Source of the DNA: Nitrosopumilus sp.
GTDB taxonomy: Archaea > Thermoproteota > Nitrososphaeria > Nitrososphaerales > Nitrosopumilaceae
DNA: 64,000 bases
Assembly: GCA_963667665.2 (NCBI GenBank)
Contig: OY763927.2
Location: 576,001 to 640,000, forward strand
Direction of reading: 5' to 3'
Shown one piece after another: positions 31,061 through 40,814 of this stretch. The position numbers and the translations under genes were made by a program. The stretch's first letter is position 1. Each line of letters starts with the position of its first letter. The notes under the pieces were generated by a model. The model was not told where the DNA came from, searched no databases, and saw nothing but the letters and a program-made list of their open reading frames with translations.

Positions 31061-31088
31061 ATTCTGACTCTCTAGAATGAGAATAAAA
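31061..31088. promoter_or_regulatory. Putative operator, copy 1, upstream of TATA box TTTAAATA (31097)
   Basis: ATTCTGACTCTCTAGAATGAGAATAAAA; 26/28 inverted match to 31836-31863. Confidence 0.65.
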
Positions 31089-31128
31089 ACATCCCGTTTA
31101 AATATACTGAATTATTTTTGATTTTCAC

Positions 31129-31458
31129 ATGTCGAGAAGATTAACTTTGCCACAATTAAAAAAATATGATATAACTCAAAAAGTAATTGAAGCACTAGCT
31201 GATTCTGAATCTCGTGCAATTCTATTTTCTGTAATCCGAAAAGGAAATACTGCAGCTGAGCTTTCAGATAAACTAAAAATTCCTCTTAGTTCTGTTTATA
31301 AAAAATTGTCTGACTTGGAAGAACTTACACTAATCAAAGTAGAAAAATGGATGATATCTGATAAAGGTAGAAAATACAAAGTTTTTCGAAGCAGAATAAG
31401 CAAAGCTGATATTTCCATTAGAACACCTGAACCAACTTTAACGTTAATTCCTAATTGA
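31129..31458 (+). CDS. ArsR-like HTH regulator
   Basis: LAD..SRAILF..IPLSSVYKKL..LEEL. Confidence 0.85.
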   Translation: MSRRLTLPQLKKYDITQKVIEALADSESRAILFSVIRKGNTAAELSDKLKIPLSSVYKKLSDLEELTLIKVEKWMISDKGRKYKVFRSRISKADISIRTPEPTLTLIPN

Positions 31459-31818
31459 GTGATATTAATGTCAAAGCCAAACATTATTCAATTATCTGAA
31501 TTTGATATAACTCAAAAAATTATTGAATCACTTAGTAATATTTGCACTAGAGCCGTATTGTTTTCAATTAAGAATAAATCAAAAGATGCAAATCAAATTG
31601 CAGATGAATTAAAAATTTCCATTTCTACTGTATACAAAACGCTATCTACTTTGGAGGAACTTGCACTTGTAGAGATAGACAGGTATGTTATTTCAGAAGA
31701 AGGCAAAAAAATCAAATATTATCGTAGTAGAATAGGTAAGGTGGAAATCACTTTAGAGAATCCTGAACCTAAATTGAATTTGTATCCAAATACAGACAAC
31801 CCAAAATCAAATCCTTAG
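31459..31818 (+). CDS. ArsR-like HTH regulator (tandem paralog)
   Basis: Similar to the upstream gene (DITQK, STVYK, LEEL, RSRI). Confidence 0.85.
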   Translation: MILMSKPNIIQLSEFDITQKIIESLSNICTRAVLFSIKNKSKDANQIADELKISISTVYKTLSTLEELALVEIDRYVISEEGKKIKYYRSRIGKVEITLENPEPKLNLYPNTDNPKSNP

Positions 31819-31835
31819 AATTTTTTATAATTCAA

Positions 31836-31863
31836 TTTTGTTCTCATTCTAGAGAGTTAGAAT
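31836..31863. promoter_or_regulatory. Putative operator, copy 2, upstream of the phnD TATA box (31887)
   Basis: TTTTGTTCTCATTCTAGAGAGTTAGAAT. Confidence 0.65.
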
Positions 31864-31921
31864 TAATACTTGGAATGAAAATTTGGTTTAAATAACTTAG
31901 CTTGACCTAAAATTTTTGTAA

Positions 31922-33010
31922 ATGAAACGACAAACAACTTTAGCATTAGTTGCTATAATTGTAGCAATTGGTGTTGCAACTATTTCTTTAGTTCAGAATG
32001 CTCAAGCACAAAGTTTAGTCCCTGAATGGATTAAAACAAATGCTGGTTGGTGGGCTGAAGGTACAGTTGATGATACAACTTTTCTAAACGGAATTGAATT
32101 CCTAATTGAAAATAAAATCATTAACGTTTCATCTGAATCAAAAATAATTGATGTTGATACAATCACTATTGGGTTTATTCCAGTTGAGAAAGCTGATGAA
32201 TTAACTCCAAAAGCTCAAGCCCTAGAAAATTTCCTTGAGAATGAATTGGGCATTGATGTTGAAGTAGTAGTTCCAACAAATTATGAAACTATTATTGAAG
32301 GAATGCGATTCGGTCACATTGATGCTGCCTTTATGGACACAGGACCTGCATGGATTACACATCAAAGAACAGGTGCAGAAGCTGTATTGGCAGAACTTGT
32401 AAACGGAAAAGTAAACTATCAAGCAACAATATGGGCTCTGGCTGATAATGATTCTATTAATTCATTAGAAGACACTGTTGGCAAAAGAGTTGCCTTTACT
32501 AGCATTACTGGCTCATCAGGTTTTGTAAGACCTATGGGAACTTTGGTTAGTGATGGCCACATTACCATTGAAGGTGATGATATTGTAGCTTTAGAGTCTG
32601 CTTTAGCAAATAACTTTGAAAGTTATACTTTTGCAGGCGGATACAAAGCAGCATTACAATTACTCCTCAATGAGAATGTAGATGTTGCATTTGGTTCAGA
32701 TATTGCTCCTCAAAAATATCTTGAATTAGAAGATCAAGTAAAATTACGTCCAGTTACAACAATTGGACCTGTTCCATCACATGTGTTTATGGTAAGTGCT
32801 GATATGTCAGAATCTGTCAAAGATGCACTTGTAGATGCACTTGTGGAACTCAATTATGATGAAAACAATTCAATATTAACGGATTTGTATGGTGCTGAAG
32901 CACTTGTTCCAACAACCACAACTATGCATATTGGTGAATTTGGAACCTATATTGATTCTTTAACCGGACTTGATCAATTGATTCTTGATAAATACAACAA
33001 GAGCAAATAA
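31922..33010 (+). CDS. phnD: Phosphonate/phosphite/phosphate ABC transporter substrate-binding protein
   Basis: IGFIP, YETIIEGM..GHIDAAF and S.TGSSG motifs; N-terminal PEWIKTNAGWW module. Confidence 0.88.
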   Translation: MKRQTTLALVAIIVAIGVATISLVQNAQAQSLVPEWIKTNAGWWAEGTVDDTTFLNGIEFLIENKIINVSSESKIIDVDTITIGFIPVEKADELTPKAQALENFLENELGIDVEVVVPTNYETIIEGMRFGHIDAAFMDTGPAWITHQRTGAEAVLAELVNGKVNYQATIWALADNDSINSLEDTVGKRVAFTSITGSSGFVRPMGTLVSDGHITIEGDDIVALESALANNFESYTFAGGYKAALQLLLNENVDVAFGSDIAPQKYLELEDQVKLRPVTTIGPVPSHVFMVSADMSESVKDALVDALVELNYDENNSILTDLYGAEALVPTTTTMHIGEFGTYIDSLTGLDQLILDKYNKSK

Positions 33011-33027
33011 AACCTGGGATTCTGTTA

Positions 33028-33858
33028 ATGAAACAAATTCTGATGACCACAAACTCTTCTTTTTCATCAATTTTTACAAAGAAAATTATACAGATGAGTG
33101 ACGTTTGGACATCTTATGATTCCAAAAACTTTGCATTAGAAGGAATTAACATATCCATTGACAGAGGAACAAATTATGCTATTATTGGACAATCTGGTTC
33201 TGGAAAATCTACTTTACTTAAATTAATGAACGGTATGATGATTCCAAGTAAGGGTACAATCAAAATTGATTATGTCTCCCCTAATATGAATAATAAAAAA
33301 TTCAAAAATATGATGCATACTATTGGTTATATTCCACAAAGTCTTGGATTGATAAAAAATATCACAGTTCTTGAAAATACACTCATTGGTGCATTACCTA
33401 GATTAACCAAACTTCAATCATTATTGAAAAAATTTCCAGAACATGAAATTAAAGAAGCAAAAAGAATTCTAAATTTAGTTGGATTATCTGGAAAAGAAGA
33501 TAGAAAAGCCTACATGATCAGTGGTGGTGAAAAGAGAAGAGTTGCTATTGCTAGAGCATTAATGCAAAAACCTACAATTCTATTGGCAGACGAAATTGTT
33601 TCAGAATTAGATTATGTAACTGCTCATGAGATTATGGATTTAATCGCAGAGGCTCAAAAACGCATGAATCTGACTGCCATTATGGTTCATCATGATATGC
33701 AATTAGCATTGGAGTATGCTAATAGGGTTGCAGTCATCAAAGAAGGAAAAAAAGTTCTAGAAATTGGAGTTGAAGGAGATACTATAGTTGATTTTCAATC
33801 AGGTGATATGAGTACTGAACAGATTATGGAGATGTATGCTGATGACGCCAAAAAATAA
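33028..33858 (+). CDS. phnC: Phosphonate ABC transporter ATPase
   Basis: GQSGSGKS, SGGEKRR and LLADE motifs. Confidence 0.88.
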   Translation: MKQILMTTNSSFSSIFTKKIIQMSDVWTSYDSKNFALEGINISIDRGTNYAIIGQSGSGKSTLLKLMNGMMIPSKGTIKIDYVSPNMNNKKFKNMMHTIGYIPQSLGLIKNITVLENTLIGALPRLTKLQSLLKKFPEHEIKEAKRILNLVGLSGKEDRKAYMISGGEKRRVAIARALMQKPTILLADEIVSELDYVTAHEIMDLIAEAQKRMNLTAIMVHHDMQLALEYANRVAVIKEGKKVLEIGVEGDTIVDFQSGDMSTEQIMEMYADDAKK

Positions 33859-34627
33859 TATTATAATTGGAATAATTATTGGACTAGTTGTAATTGCATC
33901 TTACAATGTTGATGCTAATCCTATTGATTTTGTTGAGGGATTACCAAATCTTGCAATTGTTGTTGAGGAAATGCTTCTTGTTGAACCAAAGTATGTTCCA
34001 ACTGCTATTTGGGCAATGTTTGAAACAATCCAGATGGCATTCATTGGAACTATAGTTGGGTTTGTAATTGCATTACCACTAAGTATGCTTGCAGCAAGAA
34101 ATCTTAACAGCAAATATGTTTATGCTCCTGTCAGAGCATTACTAGCAGCTATTCGTACATTTCCATCAATTTTATGGGCAATCTTATTTGTGATTATGGT
34201 GGGATTGGGTCCTTTTGCAGGGGTCTTGGCAATTATTATGTATACAGTTGGGTTTGTTTCAAAATTACAATACGAAGCAATTGAAACAATTGATTCTGAT
34301 CCTATGGATGCAGTTGGCTCTATTGGTGTTTCAAAATGGCAATTGATTCGTTATGTTGTAATTCCTGAATCTGCTTCTCATCTTCTTAGTCAATTACTTT
34401 ACATGTTTGATTATAATATTCGTCAAACTAGTATCCTTGGATTAGTTGGTGCAGGTGGAATTGGTTTTTACATTATCAATTATATAAAATTCTTTGAGTA
34501 TGGAAAAGCAGCAGTTTTCATGTTAGTAGTGTTAGTTTCTGTTTTGATAATTGATTGGGTTAGCGTCAAGATAAGAGACAGGTATATTATCAAATCTCAA
34601 CATGGAATGGAAGTACCTACAAAATAG
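33836..34627 (+). CDS. phnE: Phosphonate ABC transporter permease
   Basis: ETIQMA..GT, GLGPFAG and ILGLVGAGGIG motifs. Confidence 0.92.
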   Translation: MLMTPKNNIIIGIIIGLVVIASYNVDANPIDFVEGLPNLAIVVEEMLLVEPKYVPTAIWAMFETIQMAFIGTIVGFVIALPLSMLAARNLNSKYVYAPVRALLAAIRTFPSILWAILFVIMVGLGPFAGVLAIIMYTVGFVSKLQYEAIETIDSDPMDAVGSIGVSKWQLIRYVVIPESASHLLSQLLYMFDYNIRQTSILGLVGAGGIGFYIINYIKFFEYGKAAVFMLVVLVSVLIIDWVSVKIRDRYIIKSQHGMEVPTK

Positions 34628-34642
34628 ATTCTTGTTCTAATT

Positions 34643-35668
34643 TTAGGTTGTAACTTTGTCTAATTGATTAGATTCTGTGGCTGTTTTTATCTCTCTTGCC
34701 ATCCTTTTACCCATACTCATAGGCTCATTAAACAACAGTGAGTAATATGGAGAACCATCCATGTAGATGTTGGTTCCTGCAACAATTCTTGCTGAAAATT
34801 CAAATGATGTGAATTTTGCGTTCTCATCATAAACTCCTTCAATACAAAATGGGCCATTCATTCCTGGTGCGACTAGTTTTTTTGCAGCATCAACAAAGTT
34901 TTCACCCATGTTATACACTTCATCTAAAAGTGATTCTCTTAAAACTAGAGGACTATTCCCAATCACATTAAATGATGGAATTTTGTTGGATTTTAGTTGC
35001 TGTGCTGATGGAATTCTAGCAAGACCTTCAATGTCTGATTCATGTCTTTGATCAACTCCAAAGAATTCTAGTTCTTCTTTTAATGGAGAATAAAAGTACT
35101 GCAAATAAGCCAAAACTCCTACTGCATATTCTTGAATGTAAAGCGATTCCTCTTTTGAAATTATCCCTTCTGAAATCAATTGATTTCTCTTTGTATTGTA
35201 ATCATCTTCATTTGCTGCCATAAAGTATCCTTTTCCACCCGCTGCTCCTTGTCTTTTTACAATAACTAGTTTTTTGATGTCTTCAGGTTTTGATATTGAT
35301 GTTGGCATGGGAAGACTTGCCTCTTTCATGAGTTTTTCTTTCATCACTCTATCTGATTCCCATTTTAGAATCCATTTGTTTCCAAAGACAGGTGTTTTGA
35401 TTGATTCAATTTCTTCAGAACTCATTTGTGCAATTAATGTGCCATGTGGAATTAATACTGCATCATTTTGTTCTAGTATTGATTGACATTTTTGATCAAG
35501 AACTTCTTTGAATGAATCTACTAAAATTAATTCATCAATAAATGGAAATCTTCGATATAATTTTTCACGTTTTTTTTCACAGACAAGAATAGTTTTTAGA
35601 CCTTCATCTTTTGCACCTTTTAGAACTTGCAGTGCACAGTGAGAACCAAGTGTAGCTATTGCAGTCAT
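34643..35668 (-). CDS. purP: Formate--phosphoribosylaminoimidazolecarboxamide ligase (PurP family)
   Basis: IATLGSH, PHG, GGKGYF, GPFCIE and FEFSARIVAGTN motifs. Confidence 0.92.
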   Translation of the reverse strand: MTAIATLGSHCALQVLKGAKDEGLKTILVCEKKREKLYRRFPFIDELILVDSFKEVLDQKCQSILEQNDAVLIPHGTLIAQMSSEEIESIKTPVFGNKWILKWESDRVMKEKLMKEASLPMPTSISKPEDIKKLVIVKRQGAAGGKGYFMAANEDDYNTKRNQLISEGIISKEESLYIQEYAVGVLAYLQYFYSPLKEELEFFGVDQRHESDIEGLARIPSAQQLKSNKIPSFNVIGNSPLVLRESLLDEVYNMGENFVDAAKKLVAPGMNGPFCIEGVYDENAKFTSFEFSARIVAGTNIYMDGSPYYSLLFNEPMSMGKRMAREIKTATESNQLDKVTT

Positions 35669-35693
35669 TGTATTTTTCTTATCCCTTTGTACT

Positions 35694-35903
35694 TTATGAA
35701 CTATGTGTGGATGTAACGTACTGAAATATCTCATCTATCAATTCTACGCTTAGTTCTGATTTGATATCTTCTGGAACTACTTTAAGCACAAAATCATACA
35801 TTGTTGCATTTTTTGGAAGTTCATCTCTTTCTTGTAATAATGAAAAAACTGCAATTCCATTTGAGATTATTGCTATCATCTTTTCTCTATCAGCAAGAGC
35901 CAT
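35694..35903 (-). CDS. Conserved small hypothetical protein
   Basis: 69-aa ORF directly upstream of purP. Confidence 0.65.
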   Translation of the reverse strand: MALADREKMIAIISNGIAVFSLLQERDELPKNATMYDFVLKVVPEDIKSELSVELIDEIFQYVTSTHSS

Positions 35904-36083
35904 GATATTTGTGAAAAATTACAGTAATTTAATGTAAATCTAGATAGTGAAAAATTAATTACACCATACAAATGGAATAAAGTAAATTTCTCCTAGTATA
36001 TTCTCCAAATAATTTCACATAAAACCGACAATTTACTCGATTAGTTTCTATCATAATGTTGATTTCTCCATTATTCAATCAAA

Positions 36084-36359
36084 TTATCTGTAATCTCTTA
36101 GAGTTTTATCTAATTTTTCTATCAAATCATCACCTAATATTTCTCCATCATCATCAAGTTTCTCATCCATACGACTGCGTCTGGACATGTCTGTATCGTC
36201 TTCTATAATTTGGATTTTTTTCAAATCCACTCCTCCATATCTGCAATATTCTCCACCTCCATCTAGGAATGTTTTATTCTCACATGAACATCTGACTAAA
36301 TTATGTACTGATTTACTTTCTAGTATTTCTCCACATTGTAAACATTTGAGGTATGCCAT
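36084..36359 (-). CDS. Small zinc-ribbon protein
   Basis: CLQC..ES....VRCSC....LDGG. Confidence 0.7.
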   Translation of the reverse strand: MAYLKCLQCGEILESKSVHNLVRCSCENKTFLDGGGEYCRYGGVDLKKIQIIEDDTDMSRRSRMDEKLDDDGEILGDDLIEKLDKTLRDYR

Positions 36360-36442
36360 AGTGATGAATATTCTATGAAATACAAAAACATGATCTAGTT
36401 TATTAAAATTATAAAATAATTTTAAAAAATTTTTTATTATTA

Positions 36443-37204
36443 CTAATTTAATAGAATTTCTCTCGACCTAGATTTTTTTATTTTTGGATACTGATCAAAA
36501 ATTTTACCCTTAATTGTACGTCCACCTGATTTAGGTCTTATTCCTCCCCATTGTTTGAAAAATACTGAAACTTTTTGTTTTTTACATTGTTTTATGATGT
36601 CCCAAACCCATTCTTCTCGAACTTCTCTAAATTTATGACCACTTTCACCTCCGATGATTGCCCAATCAATATTGTCTAAATTTACTTCTCCAACAGGTCC
36701 CAGTAAAGGTTCAAAGCTAATAAAACGGATATCACATTGAACCTTTCTTAACTCTTTAATTCGCCAAGTGAAATCCTCGTTTTCAATACTAGTTCCCATC
36801 CAAATATGTTGAGGAATTTTGTATTTGTAAAATTTTTTAAATAATTTTGAAAATTCAATCATTTTTTCTGGACGTTTTGTCAATACTTGATACGTATGCC
36901 AATTTGCTTGTATCATTGTTTCAAAACATTTTCCCACAAATGTAAAGTCAGATTGTTCATGGAATAAATCTGACATGCTATTAACAAAAATTTTCTTAGG
37001 CTTTTTCCATGTTAGTGGAATCTCTACATCTGAACTATGTTCTGTAAATTTAAAATTATTCTTATATTTTTTAACTCCCATTGCTTTGAGTCTTTTTGAT
37101 AGCGATTCAGCATAACAATTTTTACATCCTGGAGAAATTTTTGAACATCCAGTTGTGGGATTCCATGTTGCCTCAGTCCACTCAATTCCTGAAGTATTTG
37201 CCAA
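36443..37204 (-). CDS. DUF5131 (phage Gp37/Gp68-like, radical-SAM-related) protein
   Basis: IEWT..TWNP.TGC.KISPGCKNCYA, FVNSMSDLFH, LTKR, GGESG and FFKQWGG motifs. Confidence 0.93.
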   Translation of the reverse strand: MANTSGIEWTEATWNPTTGCSKISPGCKNCYAESLSKRLKAMGVKKYKNNFKFTEHSSDVEIPLTWKKPKKIFVNSMSDLFHEQSDFTFVGKCFETMIQANWHTYQVLTKRPEKMIEFSKLFKKFYKYKIPQHIWMGTSIENEDFTWRIKELRKVQCDIRFISFEPLLGPVGEVNLDNIDWAIIGGESGHKFREVREEWVWDIIKQCKKQKVSVFFKQWGGIRPKSGGRTIKGKIFDQYPKIKKSRSREILLN

Positions 37205-37322
37205 TTGGCTTTTCTTTCAACCTATTCATATTAACATGTTTATGAACAGACAATTGACTGTCAGTCTAAACTTTTTTTTCTCAAGTTCATTTAAATCTTA
37301 TTGAATTTATTATTAACAAATC

Positions 37323-38231
37323 ATGGTTGAACCTTATGTTGTAGTTAGAGATACAATTTCATCATTACACAAATCTGTTGAAAATTTTTCTTTAGAACAA
37401 ATAACAACACCAGAACACGATGTATGGTCTGTAAAAAAACTAGTTGCATTACACTCCTACATCAGACCATATTGCCAAATAATGAGGAAACAGGGATTCA
37501 AAAAATTACACTATGTAGATCTATTTTCAGGATCAGGTCTTTTAAGAATTAATAACAAAATTCTTCCAGGGACATCGCTAGTTCCATTTACACGACTAAA
37601 AGATGGTTATCACTTTGATAATTATTTTCTTGCAGATGCAAATAGTAAATTTGTAACAGAATTAGAAAAACGTGCAAAAATTATGTTAGGTGCAAAAAAT
37701 CATTCATTAAACGTACATTCTTTAGATTTTGAAAAATCAGTTCAAAGAAAGTTTGGAACAAGTACTGGAAAATACAAAGATAATGGATATCTTGTAGTTT
37801 TAGATCCTTTTGGATTTGATGTATCATGGAATTCTCTTGTAGACATTTTACGTGGACGCTCAGTTGATATTTTTATTACATTTATGACAAAAGCAACTGA
37901 GAGAAACAAAAATATTGCACATTCAGAAAACTCTCTGAATAGAATTTTTGGGGATTCATCATGGAAAGAAAAAGAAGATTTTTTAGATTTGTATAGAACT
38001 AAAATTCATAATATTCCTTCAGAAAGTTGGAATCCTTACAAAACTACTGAAATTGCAGTTGAAACTGCTGGAAGCAGTAAATATCATTTAATTTTTGCAT
38101 CACGTGCGGCAGTTGCACATAAACCATTTTCATGGATTCAAACCCACATAGATAAAGTAAATAAAAATTTACTAAAAGATGCTTTTACTGGTGGAACAAC
38201 ACCTGAATCCAACATTGATCATTATTTTTAA
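37323..38231 (+). CDS. tcmP: Three-Cys-motif partner protein (SAM-methyltransferase-like)
   Basis: WS.KKL..L..Y, YVDLFSGSG, LDPFG and YHLIFASR motifs; divergent from DUF5131. Confidence 0.82.
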   Translation: MVEPYVVVRDTISSLHKSVENFSLEQITTPEHDVWSVKKLVALHSYIRPYCQIMRKQGFKKLHYVDLFSGSGLLRINNKILPGTSLVPFTRLKDGYHFDNYFLADANSKFVTELEKRAKIMLGAKNHSLNVHSLDFEKSVQRKFGTSTGKYKDNGYLVVLDPFGFDVSWNSLVDILRGRSVDIFITFMTKATERNKNIAHSENSLNRIFGDSSWKEKEDFLDLYRTKIHNIPSESWNPYKTTEIAVETAGSSKYHLIFASRAAVAHKPFSWIQTHIDKVNKNLLKDAFTGGTTPESNIDHYF

Positions 38232-38379
38232 TCCCATTTTTTCTGTCATTAATGATATCAAATAGATCTACTTTTCATTATCTCATTTTGATAAACTGCA
38301 TAATATTTCAATCTAGCATTGAACCAATAGTGTAAATCTCTATGAGGGCTTCAAATTTAGCTAATTAGCAAAAGCTAAA

Positions 38380-39141
38380 ATGATTCCTTACGAAATTATG
38401 TCATTGAAGAAAAAGACCCCTACTCTAAATCTTGAAAAAATTCAAGGTATAGAAAAAATATCTATCGCAAATAGAGAAGTTTACAATGCAGCAGAAATTG
38501 GACCTGTCCTTCATCTGATTCAAACAACTGATAATGTTGTATTACAACAACAACTAAAAAATTATTTTATTATTCGAACTGTATCTTTTATTGAATCAAG
38601 AATTAAAGGATATTTGATTCCATTAATTAACGATAACTCTTTAGATGTTTCCTCTTTGTTTAACGGTGAATTGACAATTTCTTTGGATGATTTAGATAAA
38701 ATTGATCGGAGTTTGACAAAAGGCGATATTGTTGTAACTAATTTTAATTTTCAATCTCTAGATAACATATTTTCAATCTATTCAAAATTATTACAAATTG
38801 ATTTTTTTTCAACAATGATGGATGTTATTGATTCTAAAAAATCTGGAATAGAATCACACACTAATTCAGGATCTAACATGATAAAAAATTGGCCTGAACT
38901 TGAAAAAATGTTTCTATTGCGACATAAAATAATTCATAATTTGGAAATTGTTGAAGAGGATGTTGATTTTAAATATCTTAAAATACTGCAAAATACTGTT
39001 GCTACTTTTTTAACTTTGACTTGGAATTTATCTTACCACATTCCAAAATTCAAACGAAAAGATTATGATAAAAATGTGAAATTTAAACAATTTATTGCCT
39101 GCAAAATTCAAGAATATAAAAAATCTTCAAAAAATTCATAA
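38380..39141 (+). CDS. HEPN domain protein
   Basis: II..VS.IE, NFQ and RHKIIH (RxxxxH) motifs. Confidence 0.75.
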   Translation: MIPYEIMSLKKKTPTLNLEKIQGIEKISIANREVYNAAEIGPVLHLIQTTDNVVLQQQLKNYFIIRTVSFIESRIKGYLIPLINDNSLDVSSLFNGELTISLDDLDKIDRSLTKGDIVVTNFNFQSLDNIFSIYSKLLQIDFFSTMMDVIDSKKSGIESHTNSGSNMIKNWPELEKMFLLRHKIIHNLEIVEEDVDFKYLKILQNTVATFLTLTWNLSYHIPKFKRKDYDKNVKFKQFIACKIQEYKKSSKNS

Positions 39142-39217
39142 ATTTATTCTATTAGCATTAGCTAAACTATTTTCTCCAAAGATTAGAATAGTTTTAATTT
39201 TAATTATTTGGAAAATT

Positions 39218-40118
39218 CTACTTACTAGGAGGATTATATTGTACTATGTGTGATTTACCCTCATTATTTTCAATGATTTTTACTGCTGCTGTACTAGTTA
39301 TTGTCAAAATTGTAGAATGATGAACAGAAAGTACCAAATCTTGCAAGTCTGGATAATCCTCAATCATAGTTATTTTTAATTTCAGATCATCGCATTTCTG
39401 AGCGGAGAATTGTCTATTGTGAGATTTTGTTCTATCATTATCTGTTAATTCATCGACAATCCCTTTCACAATAGATTCCTTTTCTAAATCCTTTTCAAAC
39501 ATTCCAGTAAGCAATGATTCAGTTGCGATTTTTGTTGACCATTTTATGGCTCTTTCACATTGACCTATCAATGTTGGAGAATATTTAGCAAGTATTGGTT
39601 GCCAAACAGGAATTTTATCTTTGTCACCTTTTATTTCATCACTTGCTCGACGAAATTCATCTCTGATTCCCATTTGCTGGAACTCCTCCAATTTGTGGAT
39701 CGATTGGACCTAGACTGGATTGTTTACCCATCAAAATTTCTTTACATGCACAAGCTAACATTGTTCTACCTGACATAGCCATCTGTGGAATTATTGCACG
39801 AATATCTGTACCAAACATTTTTCGTAAATAATCAATTAGAGATTCAGTTGCAGCAACATCTCCACCTAGAGTATGGAGAATCAAATCCAATCCTTTTGAA
39901 CGATCCAATCCATGTATTGCTGTCATGAATCCATTTTTATCATCATTAGTAATACCCAACACTGGACCTAGGTTTTGTTTTTGTAACCATCCTGAATAAT
40001 AAATTATGGTGTTTCTTCCTGTATGTTTACTGAGTTGTTCGATGTAATCTTTTCTAAAAATATCAAAAGTACTTCCATTGGCGTTAACATTATCCCGTAT
40101 TTCATTAAAGCTTGGCAT
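39218..40118 (-). pseudogene. ClpP-fold (SDH/S49-like) serine protease, frameshifted at ~39670
   Basis: LDLILHT.GG, MAMS and SLGPIDPQ motifs; continues in 39218-39691 (SH.R). Confidence 0.82.
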
Positions 40119-40123
40119 ATTTC

Positions 40124-40372
40124 TTAGTTAATTCTAGTTGTTACTGTGGTGGTTGACAAGTATTGTTCTGGATCATTTACTTCCTCTTCTTGTTTATATT
40201 TCAAAAACTTGTTTCTTTTTTCAAATGTTTCTAAATTTAGTTCTTCAAAAATACTTTGGATTTCCTGAAACTCTTCAGAATCATTATTTGCAGTCATATC
40301 AAACCCTATTCTAATTGTTTTTTCTAGATAAATAAATAACTTTAGTTGAATATAACTGTCAAACATATCCAT
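40124..40372 (-). CDS. Small acidic hypothetical protein upstream of the protease
   Basis: ORF ends 5 bp before the protease start; probable start MTANND. Confidence 0.45.
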   Translation of the reverse strand: MDMFDSYIQLKLFIYLEKTIRIGFDMTANNDSEEFQEIQSIFEELNLETFEKRNKFLKYKQEEEVNDPEQYLSTTTVTTRIN

Positions 40373-40472
40373 TTTTGTATCTAGAATTTAGATGTGGATC
40401 AAAACATTGAATCACGTTTAATGAAAAATTTTTCCGCACAATATGGGTAAAAAGCTGTATTTTCCAATTATT

Positions 40473-40625
40473 TTATTTTCTTGATTTCTTGTAATTATTC
40501 AACATCTCTTGTAATGCATCATCAAGTGTTGGAATCTCTCCTGTTTTGGCTTGTATCTCACCCATAATTTTCAGAATTTCTTTATGTGTATCTTTTGTAA
40601 TTCTAATAGTTGTAATGTCTTTCAA
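40473..40625 (-). CDS. Small ribbon-helix-helix-like protein (not in ORF track)
   Basis: MKDITTIRITKDTHKEILKIMGEIQAKTGEIPTLDDALQEML...; divergent from the integrase. Confidence 0.65.
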   Translation of the reverse strand: MKDITTIRITKDTHKEILKIMGEIQAKTGEIPTLDDALQEMLNNYKKSRK

Positions 40626-40814
40626 TGCATATCTGGTATATTTCCAAATAATAAAGGCTCACAAGATTCTGTATAGCTAAGGGCTAGGATTTAGCTAAAG
40701 CTATAATGATCAAGGAATCAGAGACTTGAACCAAACAGACAGTTCTCCTTAAGAGAATTAAAGTCAATATCTAAAATTTACTTAAACAAATTTTCAAGCC
40801 AAAATATCCTTTTA

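Noticed and set aside
37254-37266. GACTG-T-CAGTC dyad between DUF5131 and tcmP
   Set aside because: Single short occurrence, insufficient to call an operator
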